Under the pieces are notes generated by a model. That model was not told where the DNA came from. It worked only from the letters and a program-made list of their open reading frames with translations, and did no database searches. 61,106 nucleotides of DNA, from IMG/VR virus record IMGVR_UViG_3300033553_000790; one strand, written 5' to 3'. Positions 30,320 to 38,370 of the stretch are shown piece after piece. This DNA is from an uncultured virus (IMG/VR IMGVR_UViG_3300033553_000790) (lineage: Duplodnaviria > Heunggongvirae > Uroviricota > Caudoviricetes). How positions within the stretch are numbered: position 1 is the stretch's first letter; every line of letters begins with the position of its first letter. Both the position numbers and the translations under genes were made by a program.

Positions 30320-30392
30320 AAATAAACAACATAGGTATTGGTTCGAATCCAATTAGGGCTACTATTGTTAACAAAACAATAACAAAATAAAG

Positions 30393-30755
30393 ATAAGAAA
30401 TCCGGGTAATCGCAACAGCTCAAAAAGTTGTTGAGGAAAGTCCGAGCTTCACAGAACAGAATAGTGGGTAACACCCACCCGTGGTGACACGCGGACAAGT
30501 GCAACAGAAAGTATACCGCCTACGCTCATGAGAATGAACCGGTGAGGCTGAAACGGTGGGGTAAGAGCCCACCAGTGTTCATAGTGATATGGGCAGCTAG
30601 GTAAACTCTATTCGAAGCAAGTCCAAAAAGAAACGTCAGTAGATTGTTCGTCAAGTTTCAGGTAGGGCGCTAGAGGTTTACGGTAACGTAAATTCGAGAT
30701 GGATGATTACCCAAATAGAAATATTTGACAAAACTCGGCTTATAGGGTATCTTAT
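30393..30755 (+). ncRNA. rnpB: RNase P RNA (bacterial type A)
   Basis: GAGGAAAGTCC, AGTGCAACAGAAA, AAACGG..GGTAAGAGC, GGTAAAC..GAAGCAA and ACAAAACTCGGCTTA conserved blocks. Confidence 0.95.
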
Positions 30756-30767
30756 ATTTTATTCAAT

Positions 30768-30841
30768 GGTGGCTGTAGCTCAATTGGTAGAGCGCCTGGT
30801 TGTGGTCCAGGATGTTGTGGGTTCGATTCCCATCAGTCACA
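30768..30841 (+). tRNA. tRNA-His(GTG)
   Basis: Cloverleaf with G-1; loop TTGTGGT. Confidence 0.93.
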
Positions 30842-30842
30842 C

Positions 30843-30927
30843 GTAACAGTAACCCGCTGGGTTTGCGGAGCGGCCTATGGAGGCCGTGGGAGTCGCACTT
30901 CCGAGGTTCAAGTCCTCGCTGATTACC
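30843..30927 (+). ncRNA. Non-canonical type II tRNA-like RNA (bulged acceptor, 8-nt loop CTATGGAG)
   Basis: GTAACAG/CTGATTAC, CCGC/GCGG, GCGGC/GCCGT, variable arm, CGAGG-TTCAAGT-CCTCG. Confidence 0.65.
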
Positions 30928-31019
30928 TACTACGCGCAGTCTGTGAGAGCTGTGGTCCGAGTTATAGAGGTTTCCAAGGAACGTTCACCAGCGTATGCGA
31001 AGAACTCCTGTCTCACAAT

Positions 31020-31093
31020 CGCTTGGTAGCTCAGTTGGTTAGAGCACTTGATTGTCAATCAAGAGGTCGCGGGTTCAAGTCCCGTCCAGGTGG
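31020..31093 (+). tRNA. tRNA-Asp(GTC)
   Basis: Cloverleaf; loop TTGTCAA. Confidence 0.9.
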
Positions 31094-31250
31094 CAAAACA
31101 TTACTGTAATATGTGGTTACAATAATGGACATTAGATAAAAAAGATATAGGGGTTTGTCGCCCTTTAGCCTCCGTTAGGGGGTTTAGTTCAAATGGTAAC
31201 ATGAGGATCACATACCTGATGTAGAGAACACTTTTATCTGAGATTTCAAT

Positions 31251-31324
31251 GGTGATTGTAGCTTAATTGGTAGAGCGCCTGGTTGTGGTCCAGGTCGTTG
31301 CGGGTTCGAGTCCCGTCAGTCACC
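31251..31324 (+). tRNA. tRNA-His(GTG)
   Basis: Cloverleaf with G-1:C73. Confidence 0.95.
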
Positions 31325-31330
31325 CTCGGA

Positions 31331-31404
31331 CGCGTGGTAGGGCAATTCGGTAGCCCGTCAGCCTCATAAGCTGAAGGTTGTAGGTTCAAATCCTACCCAC
31401 GCTA
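31331..31404 (+). tRNA. tRNA-Met(CAT), initiator-like, copy 1
   Basis: C1:T72 mismatch, loop CTCATAA. Confidence 0.9.
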
Positions 31405-31429
31405 CTATCTTTACAGTATTAAAAATAAT

Positions 31430-31503
31430 GGCCCCGTAGCTCAGTTGGTTAGAGCATCTGCTTGTCACGCAGAAGGTCGCCGGTTCAAGTCCGGTCGGGG
31501 TCG
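31430..31503 (+). tRNA. tRNA-Asp(GTC)
   Basis: Cloverleaf; loop TTGTCAC. Confidence 0.95.
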
Positions 31504-31626
31504 CACAAAAGTAATAATAAACATACAAGTCATAAGTTGACTTTCAATAAACAGTATGCTATTATCTACCTTGTAAGTGAATCACAACAGGACGCGCCTA
31601 TAAAGTTCGATAGGGAAAGGGTGCGT

Positions 31627-31700
31627 GCCCCCATAGAGTAGCGGCCTATCTCATCTGACTTTCACTCAGAAGAACGCGGGTTCGAATCCCGCTGGGGGTA
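31627..31700 (+). tRNA. tRNA-Glu(TTC)
   Basis: Cloverleaf; loop CTTTCAC. Confidence 0.95.
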
Positions 31701-31861
31701 CTCTCACACGAGAACCTTATTTTAACCTCCCCAGGTACGAAAGTAAGCAAGGAATAAAATAAGTTTGAATATTTTTGACAAATTTATTCATGTATGATAC
31801 GATATTACATGTATCAACAAATAAAAAGTGGTAAGTAGTAAAAACGAATTTATTATCCTGA

Positions 31862-31934
31862 TCCTTCATAGCTCAATTGGCAGAGCGCGGAGCTGTTAAC
31901 TCTGAGGTTCCTGGTTCGAGTCCAGGTGGGGGAG
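31862..31934 (+). tRNA. tRNA-Asn(GTT)
   Basis: Cloverleaf; loop CTGTTAA. Confidence 0.95.
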
Positions 31935-31944
31935 CGTAAATTTT

Positions 31945-32020
31945 GGCTGTGTAGCTCAGCGGTTAGAGCGTCCGCCTGTCACGTGGAAGGTCGCGGGTTC
32001 GAACCCCGTCAAGGTCGCCA
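31945..32020 (+). tRNA. tRNA-Asp(GTC), CCA encoded
   Basis: Cloverleaf; loop CTGTCAC. Confidence 0.92.
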
Positions 32021-32042
32021 AATTCGCTTAGTAAACATCTAA

Positions 32043-32116
32043 GCTCCTGTAGAGTAATCGGTTATCTCGTCACCCTCTCAAGGTGAAGGTTGCGGGTTCA
32101 AATCCCGTCAGGAGTA
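32043..32116 (+). tRNA. tRNA-Glu(CTC)
   Basis: Cloverleaf; loop CTCTCAA. Confidence 0.95.
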
Positions 32117-32137
32117 CATAAGTAAAATAAGTTCGGA

Positions 32138-32211
32138 CGCGTGGTAGAGCAATTCGGTAGCTCGTCAGCCTCATAAGCTGAAGGTTGTAGGTTCAAATCC
32201 TGCCCACGCTA
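32138..32211 (+). tRNA. tRNA-Met(CAT), initiator-like, copy 2
   Basis: C1:T72 mismatch, loop CTCATAA. Confidence 0.9.
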
Positions 32212-32348
32212 CTATAGGTAAGGTCGTTGAAAACTGCCGGAGTTGAAAAAGACTCCTTCGAGCCCCAGTTAGAGGCACCCTATGAGGTTGAGGAATTTTC
32301 GGCTCTCACGGTGAATACCAAACATGAAAGTTCACCATTATTTTCGGA

Positions 32349-32422
32349 CGCGTGGTAGGGCAATTCGGTAGCCCGTCAGCCTCATAAGCTGAAGGTTGTA
32401 GGTTCAAATCCTGCCCACGCTA
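32349..32422 (+). tRNA. tRNA-Met(CAT), initiator-like, copy 3
   Basis: C1:T72 mismatch, loop CTCATAA. Confidence 0.9.
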
Positions 32423-32480
32423 CTAAACTCCTGTTAGATGCCTAAAAAGGGGAATACAAAAAGATAGAGAAACACACCAT

Positions 32481-32565
32481 GCGGGTGTGGCGGAATTGGC
32501 AGACGCGCTAGGTTTAGGCCCTAGTGTCCGGTTAGGACGTGGAGGTTCAAATCCTCTTACCCGCA
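32481..32565 (+). tRNA. tRNA-Leu(TAG)
   Basis: Type II cloverleaf; loop TTTAGGC. Confidence 0.95.
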
Positions 32566-32674
32566 CGATTATTACGGTACGGAACCTCTCTGCGAAGAGA
32601 TAGTTCCGTACCACATAACTTCATTCGTTTGCTTGTAAAGCCTGCGTGAATGACGTATTCACCGCCGATATAAG

Positions 32675-32865
32675 TTGCACATCAGCGAACCTTACTACCG
32701 GGGAGTTAAATGAAAAAATTGCTCTTATTTGGTATTAAAACACTAAATAATACAGCATACATAAAAAAGTAAACCCTCTATAGGAGGGCTTAGGGGTATT
32801 ATAGTTATACCGCAGAAGCTGAAATTTAGTTTCTGAAACATAAAACACAGGTTTTATGGAACTAT
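32675..32865 (+). repeat. About 190-nt multi-hairpin repeat, copy 1
   Basis: Similar to 33512-33700. Confidence 0.85.
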
Positions 32866-32906
32866 TCTCGGAATGGTTTAATAAATAAACAAAAAGCCAT
32901 TCGCGT

Positions 32907-32979
32907 GGGCCTCTAGCTCAGTTGGTAGAGCAGCGGACTTTTAATCCTCGGGTCGTGGGTTCGAGCCCCACGGGGCCTA
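32907..32979 (+). tRNA. tRNA-Lys(TTT)
   Basis: Cloverleaf; loop CTTTTAA. Confidence 0.93.
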
Positions 32980-33120
32980 CATATAACCACTCGGTGTCCC
33001 TGATATCTCTTTTTGTAAGAGGTATCAACACTCCGGGTTTTCAGATATAGTACACAAAGAACATCGCTTACAGCACTGAAGGACGCTTCAGGGCTCAGAT
33101 GAAACAAAAACTATATCAAC

Positions 33121-33193
33121 GGGCCTCTAGCTCAGTTGGTAGAGCTACGGACTTTTAATCCGCAGGTCGTGGGTTCGAGCCCCACGGGGCCCA
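33121..33193 (+). tRNA. tRNA-Lys(TTT)
   Basis: Cloverleaf; loop CTTTTAA. Confidence 0.93.
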
Positions 33194-33253
33194 CTTGACA
33201 AACATACTGTTCGTATGGTATGGTTTTAACAAATAGATGAGTAATCATCATTT

Positions 33254-33326
33254 GCCTCTGTAGCTCAGTTGGTAGAGCAGACGACTCTTAATCGTCGGGT
33301 CGTGGGTTCGAGTCCCACCGGGGGTA
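33254..33326 (+). tRNA. tRNA-Lys(CTT)
   Basis: Cloverleaf; loop CTCTTAA. Confidence 0.95.
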
Positions 33327-33377
33327 CTAGTATGACGACTGATATCATATAACATCACTGTTTACTGAACAGTGAAT

Positions 33378-33450
33378 GGGCTTGTGGCGCAACTGGTAGC
33401 GCAGGACCTTTGCAAGGTCAAGGTTAGGGGTTCGAGTCCCCTCAGGTCCA
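33378..33450 (+). tRNA. tRNA-Ala(TGC)
   Basis: Cloverleaf; G3:U70; loop TTTGCAA. Confidence 0.95.
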
Positions 33451-33511
33451 CAACTATACAATAGTTAAAATCGCATGAGAAATAACTCCTCTAGTGTTCT
33501 ATTTATATAGT

Positions 33512-33700
33512 TTGCACATGGGCGAGCCTTACTAGGTGAGTTACATGAAAAACATTGCTCTTATTTGGCGCTAAAAACACTAAATAATACGGCATACATA
33601 TAAAGTAAACCCTCTATAAGGGGCTTAGAGGTATCATAGCTATACCACAGAGACTAAAATTTAGTTTCTGAAACATAAAACACAGGTTTTATGGAACTAT
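33512..33700 (+). repeat. About 190-nt multi-hairpin repeat, copy 2
   Basis: Similar to 32675-32865. Confidence 0.85.
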
Positions 33701-33863
33701 GTAGAAATATATGCCGCTGTTTTACCTGATGAAGAAAGAATTAACAGAGCGTATGAAAGTATGTCAACGGATGAGACTTTCGAATTAGGTGACTTTATCA
33801 GACAGTTGTCTGATAAATAAAAATAGTGTACTTAAGTTTAACCGCTTAGGTACATTATTTGAT

Positions 33864-33936
33864 GGGGATTTAGCTCAGTTGGTAGAGCGTTTGAATGGCA
33901 TTCAAAAGGTCGCCGGTTCGACCCCGGTAATCTCCA
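33864..33936 (+). tRNA. tRNA-Ala(GGC)
   Basis: Cloverleaf; G3:U70; loop ATGGCAT. Confidence 0.95.
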
Positions 33937-33952
33937 CTTTGTTTTTTCCTAT

Positions 33953-34023
33953 TCCCTGGTAGTGTAATGGCAGCATAACTGACTTTGGATCAGTTGGTCG
34001 AGGTTCGAACCCTCGCCGGGGAG
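33953..34023 (+). tRNA. tRNA-Gln(TTG)
   Basis: Cloverleaf; loop CTTTGGA. Confidence 0.93.
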
Positions 34024-34065
34024 CATAATATGTCGATATATACTATAACCAAAGGTTGTGAGCAT

Positions 34066-36030
34066 ATGAGAACATCCGCTAAGCTGTCTGATATGACATT
34101 AGCTAATGAGCTGCACCCAACCTTAAATGATAATAGTTTAGATATAGTGAAACTAACCGCTGGAAGTCATAAAAAACTTTGGTGGGAATGTTCAAAGAAC
34201 GAAGAGCACGAACCGTGGTTCACTTCTGTTAGGGTTAGAGTACAAGGAGCTGGTTGCCCAACTTGTGCCGGTAAGATAGTTGAGCGAACAAAATCTATAG
34301 AATACACCCACCCAGTTATAGCTGAACAGCTCGATAGTATCAACCAGGTGTCAGCTTCATCAGTTACAGCCGGTAGCAACAAAACGTATGTTTGGTCAAA
34401 CAAAGAATGCGGTCACGTTTGGGAACAAAAAGTTTATGACAGAACTAAGCAAGGGCCGGAATGCCCAGTATGTCAGTCTAACATCATAATAGAGGGAGTG
34501 AACAGCCTTTTCGATAAGCGCCCTGATTTAAAAACCTTTTGGAGTGAAAATAATATTTTAGATTTTACGAAACTAAGTTTAGGAAGCCATAAAGAAGTAG
34601 AGTGGGTTTGTTCAGAAGGCCATATTTACAAAGAGAAGGTTGTTGTTCGAGTTAAACGTAAAACATGCCCGGTTTGCGCTGGTCGCCTATTCCAGGAAGG
34701 TATTAACGATTTAGTTACCATTTACCCTTCAATAGAAGAAGTTTGGTCTGATAATAACAAGGAAACAGCTAACCAAGTTGTTTTCAACACTAAAGACGAA
34801 GCAGTATGGAATGAAAAATGTGGGCACACATATAGCGCCCCAGTTAAGATGAGAGTGAAGCATGAAGGGTGCCTGATTTGTAAAAACATTATTGTTGTCA
34901 AAGGTATCAACGATTTACTTACAACACACAGCGAGTTAGCTCAAACCTGGGGTGACAATAACGAAAAAGCTCCTTACGAAGTTTCAGCTGGTAGTGCATA
35001 CAGAGCTGAATGGGAATGCGGCAAAGGTCATGAATGGGAAGCTTTCGTTTACTCCCGTACAAGAGGTAGCGGATGTCCACAATGTAACGCCGTAAATTTC
35101 GTTTCTAAAGGTGAGCAAGAACTGTTGGATATAGTTTCTATATTAGCTGAAGGTAAAACAATAGAACAGTCGAACCGAAAAGTTCTTCAAGGCCAAGAGC
35201 TTGACATTCTCATCCCAGAAATCAACTTAGCTGTTGAGTTCAACGGTTTATACTGGCATAATGAGAATAGTGGGAAAGATAACAGATATCATCAAAATAA
35301 AATGTTGAACGCCAACAAAGCTGGTATAAAACTTATCCAAGTCTGGGAAGATGAATGGGTAGAGAAGAAAGCAATCGTAATAAGAATGTTAGCTTCAAAA
35401 ATGAACGCCAGCGTAGAAGTATTAACTGAAGCGTTAAAAAGCATAGGGACTGATGAAGAAGACATAGTGAACATGATTTCAAAACATGGAGCCAGAGAAT
35501 GCGTAACAGAAGAAATTACGTATGAAGAAGCAACCGCTTTCCTGAATGACAACCACATACAAGGTCCCGCTAAAGGAACCCTCTACACCGCGCTGAAAGA
35601 CAAACAAGGTACAGTAAGGGCCGTAATGGTTTCCCTCAAAAAAGGTGAAACCTGGGAAATAGTCAGATATGCAACATTCGGACATATACCTGGTGGTTTC
35701 ACTAAACTAATATCAAACGTTGAGAAAAAACATGGTGTTAAAAAATGGGTTACTTTCTCTGACGGGATAATATCAGAAGGGAGCCTATACAAAAACAACG
35801 GTTTCGTAAAAGATAAAACTATAGACCCGGACTACAAGTACATTGTAAACGGCGAAAGGGTGCATAAGTTTAATTACAGGTTGAAGAGATTTCGTAATGA
35901 CCCGACCCTACAATATGTTGAAGGGCACACGGAACGTCAACTGGCTGAGCTTAATGGTATCCCCCGGATATGGGATGCCGGTAAAATAAGATGGTTAAAG
36001 ATAACAGCTAAAGGAGGGCCTGATGAATAA
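34066..36030 (+). CDS. Zinc-ribbon repeat protein with Vsr/Hef-like endonuclease domain (putative homing endonuclease)
   Basis: Repeated GSxKxxWxC..H.W..R...CPxC units; ELDILIP..LAVEFNGLYWH..IQVWEDEW; NHIQG..RIWDAGK tail; start moved past tRNA-Gln. Confidence 0.8.
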   Translation: MRTSAKLSDMTLANELHPTLNDNSLDIVKLTAGSHKKLWWECSKNEEHEPWFTSVRVRVQGAGCPTCAGKIVERTKSIEYTHPVIAEQLDSINQVSASSVTAGSNKTYVWSNKECGHVWEQKVYDRTKQGPECPVCQSNIIIEGVNSLFDKRPDLKTFWSENNILDFTKLSLGSHKEVEWVCSEGHIYKEKVVVRVKRKTCPVCAGRLFQEGINDLVTIYPSIEEVWSDNNKETANQVVFNTKDEAVWNEKCGHTYSAPVKMRVKHEGCLICKNIIVVKGINDLLTTHSELAQTWGDNNEKAPYEVSAGSAYRAEWECGKGHEWEAFVYSRTRGSGCPQCNAVNFVSKGEQELLDIVSILAEGKTIEQSNRKVLQGQELDILIPEINLAVEFNGLYWHNENSGKDNRYHQNKMLNANKAGIKLIQVWEDEWVEKKAIVIRMLASKMNASVEVLTEALKSIGTDEEDIVNMISKHGARECVTEEITYEEATAFLNDNHIQGPAKGTLYTALKDKQGTVRAVMVSLKKGETWEIVRYATFGHIPGGFTKLISNVEKKHGVKKWVTFSDGIISEGSLYKNNGFVKDKTIDPDYKYIVNGERVHKFNYRLKRFRNDPTLQYVEGHTERQLAELNGIPRIWDAGKIRWLKITAKGGPDE

Positions 36031-37711
36031 TAAAGAAACGATAAATGTCACGCACTCCTACCTAGTTCAGGAATGGGTGGATGAAAAGAACATCCCGTTA
36101 TTACCTTCAGATGTTACTGCAGGTTCACATAAAAAAGTTTGGTGGAGATGCTCCGAGGGGCATGAGTGGAAAGCCCAGGTCAGTTCCCGCTGCTTATATA
36201 GTTCGGGTTGCCCTAGGTGCTCTGAGATAAAAAACTCGGTACGCACAGTTAGGAAACCCTTAGCCACCCTTTATCCTGAAATTTTTAATGAACTTAAGGA
36301 CAAGGAAATCACTGTTGTTGGTGCGGGATCACATAAAGAATTAGCATGGGTATGCGCTGAAGGCCACGAAGAAAAAGAGAAAGTTTTTGCACGGGTTAAA
36401 AGAGGCGGCTGCTCAGAGTGTAGAGGTAATGGCACATCCAAGTATAATAAAGGAGCGAAGCCCCTGCCTAAAACCATCGCGGACCAGTGGCACCCAACAA
36501 AGAATTTACCATTAACTTTAGATAAAGTTTCTTACGGTTCAACTAAAAGAGTTTGGTGGCTATGTGACAAAGGGCATGAATGGGAAGGCCGAATTAACGC
36601 AAGGAAATCTGACACTTGTTTTGAGTGCTATAAAGCAAAAACTCTAGTATTCGAAAATAGTTTCGCGAGCAGAAAAGAACAGCTTGTAGAATGGGGCGAC
36701 AATAAGCTACCAGAAGAAGTGAGTTTAGGCTCCAAGAAAAGAATAATGTGGAAATGTTCAAATAACCCTGAGCACACATGGTCAACTTTTGCTTATCAGC
36801 GTGGTAAAATAAATCCAAGCGGATGTCCGGAATGTTCGAACAACATTTTTACTTCAAAAGCAGAAGATGAGATAGCGAACCATATTCTAAGTTTAGGTGA
36901 AAACATAGAAATAATCCGTAATGATAGAAAAATTCTTGACGGAGAGTATGAGCTTGACATCTATTTACCAGAATATAAATTAGCTATTGAATATAATGGT
37001 TTGTATTGGCATAATGAAAGTCATCGGAAAGATAAAAACTATCACTATAACAAGTATAAAGCTTGCGCCGATAAAGGCATCCAACTTATCCAAATCTGGG
37101 AAGATGACTGGACAGGCAAATCTTCTATTGTAATGAAAATGATTTCGCATAAATTATCGCTATCTAAAGGCAATAAGACAATGGCTAGAAAAACAAGCAT
37201 TTCTGAAATAAGTTACAATGAAGCTTCTGCTTTCTTAGATAACAACCATATTCAGGGTGCCTCTAAGGGAAGCAAATATTGTGCTCTCGTTAATACTGAA
37301 GGTAAAAAAGTCGCAGTTTTAGTTGCCGTAAAGCGAACATCCGAAGAATGGGAGATTGCTCGTTATGCTACTGAAATAATTGTTGCTGGTGGGTTCACAA
37401 AGATGTTAAAGTATTTAGAAAGAACCAACCCGGAGATAAAAAGATGGGTTACCTTCTCAGATAACTGTATAAGCAACGGAGCCCTTTATGTGAACAATGG
37501 GTTTACTGTAGACAGACGCCTCAGATGTGACTACAGTTATGTTATCAATCAGAAGCGCATACATAAATTCAATTATAGGTTAAAGATGTTCAAAGACAAT
37601 CCTGACCTACTATTTGATGACAACTACACGGAAACCCAACTGGCTGAGCTTAACGGTATCCCCCGGATATGGGATGCCGGTAAAATAAGATGGTTAAAGA
37701 TAATACAATAA
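36023..37711 (+). CDS. Paralogous zinc-ribbon repeat Hef-like endonuclease
   Basis: Same architecture with fewer repeats; ELDIYLP..AIEYNGLYWH..IQIWEDDW. Confidence 0.8.
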   Translation: MNNKETINVTHSYLVQEWVDEKNIPLLPSDVTAGSHKKVWWRCSEGHEWKAQVSSRCLYSSGCPRCSEIKNSVRTVRKPLATLYPEIFNELKDKEITVVGAGSHKELAWVCAEGHEEKEKVFARVKRGGCSECRGNGTSKYNKGAKPLPKTIADQWHPTKNLPLTLDKVSYGSTKRVWWLCDKGHEWEGRINARKSDTCFECYKAKTLVFENSFASRKEQLVEWGDNKLPEEVSLGSKKRIMWKCSNNPEHTWSTFAYQRGKINPSGCPECSNNIFTSKAEDEIANHILSLGENIEIIRNDRKILDGEYELDIYLPEYKLAIEYNGLYWHNESHRKDKNYHYNKYKACADKGIQLIQIWEDDWTGKSSIVMKMISHKLSLSKGNKTMARKTSISEISYNEASAFLDNNHIQGASKGSKYCALVNTEGKKVAVLVAVKRTSEEWEIARYATEIIVAGGFTKMLKYLERTNPEIKRWVTFSDNCISNGALYVNNGFTVDRRLRCDYSYVINQKRIHKFNYRLKMFKDNPDLLFDDNYTETQLAELNGIPRIWDAGKIRWLKIIQ

Positions 37712-37739
37712 GTAAGCACACTGTTATCAGCTGTGCTAT

Positions 37740-37811
37740 TGCCTCATAGTGTAACTGGCAGCACTAGTGACTCTGAATCACTCAGTCTAGGTTCGAATCC
37801 TGGTGAGGCAG
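37740..37811 (+). tRNA. tRNA-Gln(CTG)
   Basis: Cloverleaf; loop CTCTGAA. Confidence 0.95.
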
Positions 37812-37877
37812 CGCATTAAAATAAATAAAACTTGACAAATATAGAATACTAGTGTAGTGTTCATATTGAAAGTTCAG

Positions 37878-37958
37878 GGGAGATTGTCCGAGCGGCCAAA
37901 GGAAGCGGTCTGTAAAACCGTTGCAACAGCTACGTGGGTTCGAATCCCTCATCTCCCA
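37878..37958 (+). tRNA. tRNA-Tyr(GTA)
   Basis: Type II cloverleaf; loop CTGTAAA. Confidence 0.93.
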
Positions 37959-38027
37959 CTTTAGTTCAAGGGTTAGTCACCCTTGGGCTAGACACTACCT
38001 TCAGGTAAGACTAACCTGCTGGCGGTG

Positions 38028-38098
38028 AGTTCAATAGCTCAATGGATAAGAGCACCACCGCCCTGGTGGGGATACCAGTTCGATTCTGGTTTGGACAC
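38028..38098 (+). ncRNA. tRNA-like RNA with 5-nt anticodon loop
   Basis: GCTC/GAGC D stem, CCACC-GCCCT-GGTGG, ACCAG-TTCGATT-CTGGT. Confidence 0.7.
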
Positions 38099-38099
38099 A

Positions 38100-38170
38100 G
38101 ATTAGTATAGCTTAACGGCAAAGCACCAGCCGACGCTGGTTAGTTTAGGTTCGAATCCTAATGCTTATCG
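38100..38170 (+). ncRNA. tRNA-like RNA with 4-nt anticodon loop
   Basis: GCTT/AAGC D stem, CCAGC-CGAC-GCTGG, TTAGG-TTCGAAT-CCTAA. Confidence 0.7.
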
Positions 38171-38282
38171 AGTGAGAACTATGTTGCTAGTATAATTTAA
38201 GCATGCGTACATAAGTAACGAAGTTCTTGCGGAGTGTGAGTGGTGCGTTGATTATGCATGGTTGACGTATTGTTTACACTAT

Positions 38283-38355
38283 GGCTCTGTAGCTCAGTTG
38301 GTAGAGCGTTCGCCTGAAGAGCGAAAGGTCACCGGTTCGATCCCGGTTGGAGCCA
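38283..38355 (+). tRNA. tRNA-Phe(GAA)
   Basis: Cloverleaf; loop CTGAAGA. Confidence 0.95.
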
Positions 38356-38370
38356 CTTCAGATCAGTTTT

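Larger units (their letters stand above)
30116..30361 (+). ncRNA. Outer tRNA-like scaffold whose anticodon loop contains two nested tRNA-like elements
   Basis: GGCCCTA/TAGGGCT acceptor, D arm, ATGTT/AACAT anticodon stem 180 nt apart, ATTGG-TTCGAAT-CCAAT T arm. Confidence 0.75.

Noticed and set aside
30148..30327. Group I intron as explanation for the interrupted tRNA
   Set aside because: No recognisable P7/catalytic core; the insert is explained by two cloverleaves.
33985..34065. ORF-track start of the 681-aa endonuclease
   Set aside because: TTG start lies inside tRNA-Gln(TTG); ATG 34066 with upstream AAAGG is more plausible.
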